From a virus (Duplodnaviria; Heunggongvirae; Uroviricota; Caudoviricetes), in IMG/VR virus record IMGVR_UViG_3300028602_000006: DNA of 64,000 nucleotides; one strand, given 5' to 3'. The position numbers and the translations under genes were made by a program. Of this stretch, positions 1 to 8,601 are shown piece after piece. Under the pieces are notes generated by a model. It worked only from the letters and a program-made list of their open reading frames with translations, had not been told where the DNA came from and made no database searches. Numbering within the stretch: the first letter of the stretch is position 1; each line of letters opens with the position of its first letter.

Positions 1-33
1 AAAAAATAAGAGGGGTAGGCCGAAGAAAACATC

Positions 34-60
34 TTGACTTATTTAATATCTTATGATAGG
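34..60 (+). promoter_or_regulatory. Promoter-like motif TTGACT-N12-TATGATAGG upstream of first ORF
   Basis: TTGACT at 34-39, TATGAT at 52-57, 11 nt before the ATG at 69. Same architecture recurs at 2280, 51043, 53064, 54085 and 55413. Confidence 0.4.
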
Positions 61-68
61 CTTTAGAT

Positions 69-1037
69 ATGAAAAATGGAAAAATAAAATTGATTACGAA
101 GAGTAGTCCTTTAACTGAAATAACTCCTAAATTTGATAAAGTTATTGGGCAAGCTTCAGCGATAAAGAAAATGGCGTTTTTTATAGAGACGCATGATATG
201 AGTACTCCGTTGCCAACATTTTTGCTGACGGGTTCTCATGGATTAGGGAAAACGTATATCGCCGAAAAGATTGCCAATTGTATGGGTAGGCGTTTTATTG
301 AAGTAAATAGTGGTATGTTAGATGATCAAGAAGATCTTGTCAATGAGATTCTTCTTGGTAGAGTTATAGGTGATACTCCTGCGACATTATTCTTTGATGA
401 ATCGCATCGTTTGAATTCAGAGGTGACAACGGCGCTCTTATCGTTGCTTAACCCGTCTTCTGATCATAAAAATTATTTGAACTATAAAGAGTGGAGTATA
501 GAGTTTGATATGCGAAATATAAATGTTATTTTCGCAACAACAGATGCCCATCGTATGTTCGGGCCATTAGTTAATCGTTGCGAAAGAATCTTTTTTGATT
601 CGTACAACCACGATGATTTGTTGGCAATGCTTCATCTTTATTGTCCTGATGCGTATTTTTGTTGCAATAAAGAAGACCTTACTAATGCTTGCAGGGGAAG
701 AGGTAGAGACGCCTTTCAATTGGCCGGAAAGATATCTCGCTATCTTAACCAAAAGAATACTCCTATCCTTTCTAAAATAGGTTGGGGAAGATTGAAGAAT
801 ATCTTTGAGATTTATCCTCTTGGTTTAAACCGTCAGGAAGTTGAGCTTCTTCATATCGTTAGCACTTGCGGACCAATTTCTGTTGCCAACATAGCGCTAT
901 CTATGATGCTTAACACTGACAATATCGAATCTGAAATTGAAGTTCGTCCTAGGGAACTTGGGTTACTCCAAAGTACGACGAGAGGGCGAGTTCTTACTGA
1001 GAAAGGCGAAAAATATATTAAGAAAATTAAATTTTGA
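69..1037 (+). CDS. RuvB-like AAA+ ATPase
   Basis: Walker A LLTGSHGLGKTYIA, Walker B LFFDESHRL and sensor ATTDAHR are colinear with RuvB (LLxGPPGLGKTTLA / LFIDEIHRL). Length 322 aa matches RuvB. Confidence 0.6.
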   Translation: MKNGKIKLITKSSPLTEITPKFDKVIGQASAIKKMAFFIETHDMSTPLPTFLLTGSHGLGKTYIAEKIANCMGRRFIEVNSGMLDDQEDLVNEILLGRVIGDTPATLFFDESHRLNSEVTTALLSLLNPSSDHKNYLNYKEWSIEFDMRNINVIFATTDAHRMFGPLVNRCERIFFDSYNHDDLLAMLHLYCPDAYFCCNKEDLTNACRGRGRDAFQLAGKISRYLNQKNTPILSKIGWGRLKNIFEIYPLGLNRQEVELLHIVSTCGPISVANIALSMMLNTDNIESEIEVRPRELGLLQSTTRGRVLTEKGEKYIKKIKF

Positions 1038-1223
1038 TAATGTGAAATGGGAGTAAAAAGTGGAAAAGAATGGCAAATCTGACTTGGCTGAAAAAATTGT
1101 ATCTGATATAGTAGAGGATCTAACTGATCGAAGCGGGATTGGAGATGCCTTTGAAGACTGCGATGAAGACATTCAGAAAGAAATAAAAGATACATGGGAA
1201 AGAATAGTTAGGAGACATATAAA

Positions 1224-1844
1224 ATGAATTGCTGGGAAGAATATAAAGTGAGTGACGTACCCGAGGGATCATCCGGCGAATGGAAGATAGATAGATTTGA
1301 GATAACCGCAGAAGATGCTAAATTTCAGAATATAAGAGCATCATTTTCTTTTGGCGGAAGAGGATCTTTTTTTGTTCCGGGAAAATACACTCGTTTAACT
1401 AGAGGCGGCTTGGTAATTATGTCCGATACATTTGATGAAATTAGTGATCATCTTGGGGCAATTTATCAAGCGAAAGGACATTGCTTAGTCGGAGGGCTGG
1501 GATTGGGAGTCGTTATTAATGGTTGTCTTATGAATCCTGAAGTTGACCATGTAACGGTTATAGATTTGAGCAAAGATGTTATTAATCTTGTTGGCGATCA
1601 TTATCAAAAGAAATTCGGGGATCGTTTAACCATCATTAATGACAACATAATGACTTGGAAACCGCCTAAAGGAGCGCATTATGGAATGGCTTGGTTTGAT
1701 ATATGGGATGAAATCTGCGAAGATAATCTAGAATCCATGGCCGTTTTAAATCGTCGTTTCGCTCGTAAATCGGATTGGAAGGGATGCTGGAAACAGGAAA
1801 CAATTAAATATTATAGAGACTGCAATAAAAGAAGGGGATGGTAG
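1224..1844 (+). CDS. Rossmann-fold SAM-dependent methyltransferase-like protein
   Basis: Gly-rich motif I-like VGGLGLGV, followed by an acidic beta-strand end (VTVIDLSKD) and IINDNIM. Weak assignment. Confidence 0.35.
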   Translation: MNCWEEYKVSDVPEGSSGEWKIDRFEITAEDAKFQNIRASFSFGGRGSFFVPGKYTRLTRGGLVIMSDTFDEISDHLGAIYQAKGHCLVGGLGLGVVINGCLMNPEVDHVTVIDLSKDVINLVGDHYQKKFGDRLTIINDNIMTWKPPKGAHYGMAWFDIWDEICEDNLESMAVLNRRFARKSDWKGCWKQETIKYYRDCNKRRGW

Positions 1845-2051
1845 AAATGGGTAATAGCGTCAAAATAGATTATGCATACAAAGATATATCTGAAGTTGAA
1901 GAAATTTTGGGATATACAGTAAATGAATCATTTAAAACAGGGTTTAGTATGGCAAGAATGACTAATCCCATGTTCGGAAAATTGGATAAGGCGCATAAAC
2001 AGAGGAAGAAATCGAAATCACATAAATAGTCTTTAATTAGCGGAGATAATA

Positions 2052-2303
2052 ATGCCCAATAATATTAAAGACATTATGGATGAAGAGGGTAAATGGTGCA
2101 GAATAGACGGATGTAACGGGGCAATGGAGTTGCAATGGCCATTCGGAGAAGAATGCACCTGCCATCTTGGACATCCACCATGTCATGCTTGCATTAATAT
2201 GAGGCTTACCTGTACTAAATGCGGGCATGTCATAGAAGACGAGAATTACGAAGACGACGAAGAATATAAGGGAAATGTCTTGACTCATTACATTAATTTA
2301 TGA
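2052..2303 (+). CDS. Small Cys/His-rich (zinc-binding?) hypothetical protein
   Basis: SD-like GGAGATAATAATG. Multiple CxxC/HxxC pairs (CRIDGCNG, CTCHLGHPPCHAC, CTKCGH). Confidence 0.45.
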   Translation: MPNNIKDIMDEEGKWCRIDGCNGAMELQWPFGEECTCHLGHPPCHACINMRLTCTKCGHVIEDENYEDDEEYKGNVLTHYINL

Positions 2304-2306
2304 TAG
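2280..2306 (+). promoter_or_regulatory. Promoter-like motif TTGACT-N13-TATGATAGG
   Basis: Near-identical to the motif at 34-60 (TATGATAGG shared). Lies 11 nt upstream of the small leader ORF at 2317. Confidence 0.4.
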
Positions 2307-2316
2307 GATTTGTTTT

Positions 2317-2424
2317 ATGATGGAAGTACAAAAATATATTAGGGAAAACGGTCTCGATAAACTTCGGGAAGAATTTTCGATAATTGTTACCGATTATCCT
2401 GACCGAATTGGAGCAATATTATGA
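2317..2424 (+). other. 35-aa leader ORF homologous to the N-terminus of the RNA-ligase-like gene at 7102, translationally coupled (ATGA) to the nuclease-helicase gene
   Basis: Hand translation gives MMEVQKYIRENGLDKLREEFSIIVTDYPDRIGAIL. This aligns with MTMHVQKYLREKGLKSLIDEFHIDVREYDDRIV of the 7102 ORF at roughly 60 percent identity. Its stop TGA at 2422-2424 overlaps the ATG at 2421. Confidence 0.5.
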
Positions 2425-4619
2425 ATACTATTAAACTTACGCATCCTTTTATAAATAAATGTCCTGACATTGATGAATTATTCTTCAATAAAGATGGCGA
2501 AGTTGTTTGTACGATTAACGCCTTTTGTGGTAAAATTAAAACTTTGTCAGCAAAGTACTCCGACAGGATGGATGAAAATAAATTCAAAGGTGATGCTTTA
2601 GAGTTGTTTACTGAATTTATGATCCGAACAGCGCCTGAAGACAATCGTATTGGTATTTACAACTACAAACCTATTACTGATGCAGAAGACGATGATGTCG
2701 GCGTTGATGGATTTGGGGCAGGCGAAGATGGAAATCCAGCTACAGTTCAGGTGAAGTACAGGGCCGGTAATTATGTCTTGACAGCAAATGCAGATCACCT
2801 TTCTAATTTTCTTACTGCGTCTTGGAATGACTTCGCAGTTCCTATCAATTCAAAAACAAATATGCTTATTGTCACAACAGGCCAAAAGGTAGATGAAAGA
2901 ACTCGTCAAAAGATGCTCAAAGACAAAGTGAGAGTACTTAACAGAGATTCTTTACGAAGAATGTACGATAATCGTCCTGAATGGTGGAAACGATTTTACG
3001 AATCAGTAAAAAATAACCGTTTTGCTCCTAGCCACAAACGTACCCCCATCGTTTTAAGACAGCATCAAAAAGAAGCAAAAGACGCAATCAAAAATGATAA
3101 AAACGGTAAGGGTAAAGTACTTCTTCCCACTGGAACAGGGAAAACCATAATTGAGGTCCATACAGCAATTGATTCAATCAAAGCGCTAAGGCGTAAAAAA
3201 GTAATCGCCCCCATCATTAAAGTTAATTCGAGTCGTATTCTTCTTTGCTTCCAATTAGCTGATGATTTTATTAAAGAATTCGCTATGGCAAAAATAAATG
3301 CTCGATATGTTAATTTCAATTCGGGCAAAAAAGATGAAACAGAATATGCTGAATTGATGCAACAAGAAGGGTGGGGGTATAGAAAAATTCTATCCACTAC
3401 AAATCCCCAAGAAGTTGCTAAGGTCTATGAGGATTGTAAAAAGAAAAATATGCCTTTGGTTATCTTCAGCACTTATCATTCCTCTGAAAGACTGGCTGAA
3501 AGTGGATTGGTTCCCAATATGACAATTAATGACGAAGCTCATAATCTAGTTTCTAGAAATTTTCATAGGGCCGCTAAATTACCTACTGATAGTAATATCT
3601 TCTTCACTGCGACTGAAAAGGTAACAGATTCCGATGACGGTTTGGGCATGAACAACGAGGACGTGTTTGATAATATAATTTACACAAAATCTGCAAAGGA
3701 ATTGATTGACGCAGGAGAAATGGTTCCTCCTTATCTTCATGTTGTTCGATCTTCTAACGAATGCCGCATTGATACGGATTACGAAATGATGTTTCAATCT
3801 ATCGTAGAAGCATTTAAACATCATGAAAATAAGATAAAAGAAGTGTCTTATGATGCTGAAAATATAGGCGCTAAAGTTCTTGTCGTTTGTAGAGGACAGC
3901 AGGATCTACTTCAGATGTTTAAGACAAAAGCGCTTGAACATTTTAAGACAAATTACCCTGATATCCATCTATTTGCCTTATCTTCTGAATTTGGGATGGT
4001 TAATGATGGAGAGTTCTTTGAACCTCCTGTAACAAATATCAAGAAATATCATATGTTGAAAAAACTTAAAGCTATGGGTCATAACGAGAGGGCTTTGATT
4101 TTTCATGTCGATATGATTGGGGAAGGGATTGATGTCCCCGGTGTTACAGGAATAATGCCATTTAGGAATTGTGAAGAGTCTAAATTAATTCAGAATATTG
4201 GCAGGTCAACTAGACTTCATCCTGAAGATCGTAAGCGTTTTTACAATGAAGAAATTAGCCCTAATGACCGAACAATAGGATGGATTAAACCTTATGCATG
4301 GGTTATCATCCCATCATATATGATCGATTCTGAAGGTATCGAGGCTCGTTTTAGATTTATTATAGATCGTGTCAGAAGAGAGTACGGCTACATCCCTCAA
4401 CAGCATACAGTTATAGATAATGTTGAGGGTTTAAGCGATGAAGACGAAATTGATACTGTCAATAAAATCACTAAGAAAAAGAAACAAGTAAAATCTCATA
4501 TAGAAGAATTCAAACATGAATATGAAAAAGTTTGTGTTATGGAGAAAATTATCATGGAAGATAAGTTGACTCAAAAAGAGAAGGATGTATGGGATGAACT
4601 TAAGGCTATGGGATTGTAA
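2421..4619 (+). CDS. PD-(D/E)xK-like nuclease domain fused to SF2 (DEAH) helicase; restriction-enzyme-like motor subunit
   Basis: N-terminal GVDGFG...VQVKY (D...QxK variant of PD-(D/E)xK). Helicase motifs I LLPTGTGKT, II NDEAHN, III FFTAT, and a QNIGRSTR arginine finger. Confidence 0.7.
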   Translation: MNTIKLTHPFINKCPDIDELFFNKDGEVVCTINAFCGKIKTLSAKYSDRMDENKFKGDALELFTEFMIRTAPEDNRIGIYNYKPITDAEDDDVGVDGFGAGEDGNPATVQVKYRAGNYVLTANADHLSNFLTASWNDFAVPINSKTNMLIVTTGQKVDERTRQKMLKDKVRVLNRDSLRRMYDNRPEWWKRFYESVKNNRFAPSHKRTPIVLRQHQKEAKDAIKNDKNGKGKVLLPTGTGKTIIEVHTAIDSIKALRRKKVIAPIIKVNSSRILLCFQLADDFIKEFAMAKINARYVNFNSGKKDETEYAELMQQEGWGYRKILSTTNPQEVAKVYEDCKKKNMPLVIFSTYHSSERLAESGLVPNMTINDEAHNLVSRNFHRAAKLPTDSNIFFTATEKVTDSDDGLGMNNEDVFDNIIYTKSAKELIDAGEMVPPYLHVVRSSNECRIDTDYEMMFQSIVEAFKHHENKIKEVSYDAENIGAKVLVVCRGQQDLLQMFKTKALEHFKTNYPDIHLFALSSEFGMVNDGEFFEPPVTNIKKYHMLKKLKAMGHNERALIFHVDMIGEGIDVPGVTGIMPFRNCEESKLIQNIGRSTRLHPEDRKRFYNEEISPNDRTIGWIKPYAWVIIPSYMIDSEGIEARFRFIIDRVRREYGYIPQQHTVIDNVEGLSDEDEIDTVNKITKKKKQVKSHIEEFKHEYEKVCVMEKIIMEDKLTQKEKDVWDELKAMGL

Positions 4620-4684
4620 ATATTATTGACATTGCTTGTCGGATATGTTAATCTTTTCATATCTTAAATGGTAAAGGATATTTA

Positions 4685-5881
4685 ATGAGTCAAGAAAAAA
4701 TATTGGATGCTCAAGCTGTTAGAAGTGTTTATGAGAAGTTTTCTATAGATTTGCCAAATATAGGCAATCTACAGAACGTTTTTACTCCTTATTCGCTTTG
4801 CAAGGATATGATTGGACGCCTGAAGAAGTATAAGAGGAAGTTTGAAGGAGCGAACTTCTCTGTTTTTAATCTTGAATTTGCTGAAGTTTTAATGTATGAT
4901 TATGGAGTTAAGGCAAATCAGATTTGGTTCTTTACTGATTGTGTTGAGAAGAGCAAATTCGCTCAGTTGAATAGGTATGCGGGGTTGAATGTCGAATTGG
5001 TTAATTTAAGCCGATTCTTACGGGAGAAGATTACTATGAAATTTGATGTTGTTATTATGAATCCGCCTTATCAGGCCCCTAAAGCCAAAGAGCACGAAGG
5101 GAGAGGAAAATGTGGAACATCGCTGTGGGAAGATTTTGTTAGGAAATCCTTTGAATTGGCGAAAGATGATGGATATGTTTGTGCTATTCACCCTAATAGG
5201 TGGAGAAGACCCGAGGGCAAAATTGGCGAATTAATTAAGTCAAAACAAATTCATTATCTTGAAATGCATGGACTGGAAGACGGAAGGAAAACATTTTCTT
5301 GCCAAACCGATTATGATTGGTATATTGCTCAAAACAAAAAATCAGAGACCAATACGCAAGTTGTAGACTATGATGGTGAATCAAATTCAATTGATTTGAA
5401 AAACGCTCCTTTCATTCCCAACTCCAATGTGAAAGATGTTTTGTCTCTCGTCGCAAAAGAAGGAGAAGAAAAAGTCAATTTGTTATGGAACTGTGAATAT
5501 CATACTCAAGCAAGAGCAAAAGACGGAACGATGTCACCAATACAAACCGATGAATTTAAATACCCTTGTGTTTATTCTGTAACAATCAAAGGAGAAGTTA
5601 AGTTTTGGTACTCAAGCAAAAAAGAACAATTTTTTGGAATTCCTAAGGTCATATGTTGCAATGGTCATACTATGCCAATTGTTGACAAAAATGGGGAGTA
5701 CGGATTAACTCAATTCGCATTTGGAATAGCTGATAAAAAAACAAATTTAGAAAAAATACAAAATGTTATGAATTCTGATGAATTCAGGAAAACAATAATG
5801 GGTTATAGAGATAATGGTGGCAATGTTTATGACAAGAACATGATAGCAACTTTCCGCAAAGATTTTTGGAACGAAATATGA
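4685..5881 (+). CDS. N6-adenine DNA methyltransferase (NPPY) with C-terminal putative target-recognition region
   Basis: VVIMNPPYQAP is a motif IV. Upstream NVFTPYSLCKDMI is a motif X-like element. No clear FxGxG motif I in this ORF. Confidence 0.6.
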   Translation: MSQEKILDAQAVRSVYEKFSIDLPNIGNLQNVFTPYSLCKDMIGRLKKYKRKFEGANFSVFNLEFAEVLMYDYGVKANQIWFFTDCVEKSKFAQLNRYAGLNVELVNLSRFLREKITMKFDVVIMNPPYQAPKAKEHEGRGKCGTSLWEDFVRKSFELAKDDGYVCAIHPNRWRRPEGKIGELIKSKQIHYLEMHGLEDGRKTFSCQTDYDWYIAQNKKSETNTQVVDYDGESNSIDLKNAPFIPNSNVKDVLSLVAKEGEEKVNLLWNCEYHTQARAKDGTMSPIQTDEFKYPCVYSVTIKGEVKFWYSSKKEQFFGIPKVICCNGHTMPIVDKNGEYGLTQFAFGIADKKTNLEKIQNVMNSDEFRKTIMGYRDNGGNVYDKNMIATFRKDFWNEI

Positions 5882-6453
5882 AAACCACCACAAAAACTTG
5901 TACCAAACGCCAAAATCGAAAAAAACAAACTGCTGAGGATTTTACTCCGGCATGGTTGGTTAATCAAATGCTCGACAAGTTAAATGAATATGGAAAAGAA
6001 TCATGGGAAGAAGGGAAAACTTTTCTTGATCCTGCTTGCGGGAATGGAAATATGCTCGTATGTGTTTTGAAGCGTAAAATAAAACTAGGACATGATCCAT
6101 CAGAGGCATTGAAAACTATCTATGGAACCGACATAATGGATGATAATATCAAAGAGTGTCGCTTAAGGCTCCTTAAAATTATTCAAGAAGAAGGAATTAA
6201 AATAACACTTGAGCACATTAAATCTGTGTTTAATAATATTATTGTAACGAGATTGAGTAGATACAAAAGTGGATCTCTTGACTATAATTTCAAATTCAAA
6301 AACAAAGCATCGCATAAAGATGTTATTAAGTGGTTAGACGGAATACAGAACCACAACTGGCTTGAGTTAGTGGGACACGAAAACATTAATGCCATCATAA
6401 AAAATGACGTTGAAGCTAGTTTTGTTGAAGAGAAATTTGCCGCATTCTTTTAA
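5866..6453 (+). CDS. Methyltransferase N-terminal-like fragment (motif X + motif I + post-I, no NPPY)
   Basis: FTPAWLVNQML, LDPACGNGNMLV (FxGxG-type) and IYGTDIMDD. Overlaps the previous ORF by 16 nt in another frame. Confidence 0.45.
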   Translation: MERNMKTTTKTCTKRQNRKKQTAEDFTPAWLVNQMLDKLNEYGKESWEEGKTFLDPACGNGNMLVCVLKRKIKLGHDPSEALKTIYGTDIMDDNIKECRLRLLKIIQEEGIKITLEHIKSVFNNIIVTRLSRYKSGSLDYNFKFKNKASHKDVIKWLDGIQNHNWLELVGHENINAIIKNDVEASFVEEKFAAFF

Positions 6454-6531
6454 AGGAGTTTTGTTGGCTTTTCTTGTATAATATGTACATGAGAGCGACC
6501 AATAAACTCGTAGAAATTAGATATTTAATAA

Positions 6532-6596
6532 GGCTCTACCTAAGTAGGATCTGGGAGTTTGGTCGCTTTCACCTACTTGGGGACGAGCCTTTTTTA
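6532..6596 (+). terminator. Long-stem rho-independent terminator
   Basis: GGCTC...CTAAGTAGG...CCTACTTGG...GAGCC nested stems are followed by TTTTTTATT. It also carries three copies of AGCGACCAA (two direct, one inverted). Confidence 0.5.
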
Positions 6597-6775
6597 TTCC
6601 AGTTAAGGAGAGCGACCAAAAATGAAAGACGAAATAGAAATTGTAGTGCGATTGAGCGAAATTGCATCGAAAAGATTAGATAAATTGCGAATAGATGGGA
6701 TTGATATAATATTCGACTTACACAACGATGTAGAAGAATATGTTAATGTTTGGCTGATAGGATTAGAGGTCAATT

Positions 6776-7055
6776 ATGCAAACTAAAACATGTTCAATTT
6801 GTAAAGAAGATCTATCTATACATAACTTTTACAAAGATAAGAAGTCTCCTGACAGGCATAGTTATCGATATTTTCGGATGGTATGAAGTGGTCAAACTAT
6901 GGAGGTAGAACGGGATGGCAAATAGATCATATCATTCCTTGTGCAAAATTTGACTTGACAGATGTAAAAGAACAGCAAAAATGTTTTCATTATTTAAATT
7001 TACGACCTTTATGGGGAAAGGACAATCAGAATAAAGCTGCAAAAATTGCTTGACA
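6776..7055 (+). pseudogene. HNH endonuclease, apparently frameshifted (zinc-finger N-part and HNH core in different frames)
   Basis: Frame 1 reads MQTKTCSICKEDLSIHNFYKDKKSPDRHSYRYFRMV*. The +1 frame continues ...GGRTGWQIDHIIPCAKFDLTDV...NLRPLWGKDNQNK* (HNH D-H-I...N...N). The shift lies near the T-run ATTTTC at about 6878. Confidence 0.45.
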
Positions 7056-7078
7056 TTTATCATCGAATCATATACAAT
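7050..7078 (+). promoter_or_regulatory. Sigma70-like promoter (TTGACA-17-TACAAT)
   Basis: TTGACA at 7050-7055 with a 17-nt spacer to TACAAT at 7073-7078. Lies 24 nt upstream of the rnl-like ATG. Confidence 0.55.
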
Positions 7079-7101
7079 GACGTAAACAATGGAGAAATAT
7101 T

Positions 7102-8343
7102 ATGACAATGCATGTTCAAAAGTATTTACGAGAAAAAGGTCTTAAATCTCTGATAGATGAATTCCATATAGACGTTCGTGAATATGATGACCGAATTGTC
7201 TTGAATTACGATCAAATAGAATCGCCGAGGTTTCATCCTATTTGTGATGAATGCCGAGCGCTTATTCTCCGTAAGTCTGATTGGTCAGTAATGGCTCGCT
7301 CGTTCGATAGGTTCTATAATTGGGGAGAAGGCGTAGAAGATCGTGTTCTTAAAGAAAATCCTTTAATGCAAAGAATTACTATCGATCCTTTTTCATCTAC
7401 AATATACGATGGAAATAACAAGTTTATGCCGTTCCCCTTGCAAAACTCTCTAGTGCAAGAAAAACTAGATGGGTCTCTCATATCTGTATATTGGGACGGA
7501 GAAGATTGGTGCGCTTCAACTAGAAAGATGGCCCATGCTGAGGGTCAAACTAATTTCGGAACCACATTTTCTGAAATATTCTGGGGCGTAGATAAGGATT
7601 TGAAAGAAAAACTTTCCAAGTCTAATTGCCATCAGCAAACTATTGTTTTTGAACTAACGGGGCCAGCGAATAGGATCGTGACCGCTTATCCTAATACAGG
7701 AATAACTTTAATCGGAGGCCGGTGGAACCTAGAGAGCCTTGACTATAAGGAACTAACTGCCAAAGAGCTAGATGACTTGGAAAAATCATGGGGTATAACC
7801 CGACCAAAAAATTACGAGGTCGATGATGCTACTAATTTAATCTCATTAGTTCATGGATTTCCCGCCATGGACGAGGGAGTTGTCTTGGTATATGAAAATA
7901 CAAATGGCTCTCATTTTCGTGTGAAGGTGAAAAACCCTCGTTATGTAGCTATCGCTAATATGAGGGCTAATGGAGGTATTTCACCTAAGCGAATTCTCTT
8001 TCTTATTATGGAGAATGAACATCACGAGTATTTGAAATATTTTGAGGAAGATCTCAAATACTTCAAATTTGTTGAGGAAGAATATCTCGAAGCAATAAAT
8101 CGTATTACAAATACATGGAATAAGGTAAAAGACATTAAAGATCAGAAAGAGTTCGCTTTGACAATGATGCCTCTTACTGAATATTCATTTGAAAAAGGTT
8201 TATTGTTTTCCGTCAGAAAAAACGGGACAACTGTTGAACAAGAACTTAAGAAAATAGAACCGAAGAAAATTGCGTTATCAATGAATCTTAAGGGGAAATT
8301 CGCCAAAGAATTTGGTGTACAAACGGAGGAAGAAGATGAGTAA
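7102..8343 (+). CDS. ATP-dependent RNA ligase-like nucleotidyltransferase (Rnl1-like)
   Basis: Motif I KxDG in QEKLDGSLISVYW. Size 413 aa. SD GGAGAAATATTATG. Confidence 0.5.
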   Translation: MTMHVQKYLREKGLKSLIDEFHIDVREYDDRIVLNYDQIESPRFHPICDECRALILRKSDWSVMARSFDRFYNWGEGVEDRVLKENPLMQRITIDPFSSTIYDGNNKFMPFPLQNSLVQEKLDGSLISVYWDGEDWCASTRKMAHAEGQTNFGTTFSEIFWGVDKDLKEKLSKSNCHQQTIVFELTGPANRIVTAYPNTGITLIGGRWNLESLDYKELTAKELDDLEKSWGITRPKNYEVDDATNLISLVHGFPAMDEGVVLVYENTNGSHFRVKVKNPRYVAIANMRANGGISPKRILFLIMENEHHEYLKYFEEDLKYFKFVEEEYLEAINRITNTWNKVKDIKDQKEFALTMMPLTEYSFEKGLLFSVRKNGTTVEQELKKIEPKKIALSMNLKGKFAKEFGVQTEEEDE

Positions 8344-8546
8344 AAATACAGTATTTGACATATCTACGGACATTGCAAATTGTTTTCCTGTATCTATGGA
8401 ATACAAACGGAAAATCAGGAATATGATACTTCGAGCCGCTAAACAAGCTATTCTAGAGCAGCAATTGGATAATACTACAATTGATTCAATAAATAGGTGG
8501 ATAGAGGCTGGCTAATATTCACTAAAATAAACTTTGCTTAAATTAC

Positions 8547-8574
8547 TTGATTTTTGGTCTAGTTATAGTATAAT
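8547..8574 (+). promoter_or_regulatory. Sigma70-like promoter (TTGATT-16-TATAAT)
   Basis: TTGATT at 8547 with a 16-nt spacer to a perfect TATAAT at 8569-8574. Lies upstream of 8602. Confidence 0.5.
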
Positions 8575-8601
8575 GGGGTTGTTGAATAAGATTGAATATA
8601 A

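Noticed and set aside
567-4000. Minus-strand ORFs overlapping + strand genes (567-752, 851-1195, 963-1172, 2037-2288, 2387-2644, 2598-2798, 3065-3397, 3579-3824 and similar ones throughout).
   Set aside because: They lie antisense within well-supported + strand genes, lack SD sites and have low-complexity composition. They are shadow ORFs.
6474-6683. 69-aa ORF in the MTase-HNH gap.
   Set aside because: It spans the long hairpin/terminator and the AGCGACCAA repeats and has no SD. It is more likely non-coding.
6454-7100. Group I intron carrying the HNH ORF.
   Set aside because: An HNH relic and hairpins are present. I could not identify the P3-P7 core pairings, and the flanking genes are not an interrupted single gene, so the intron idea is unsupported.
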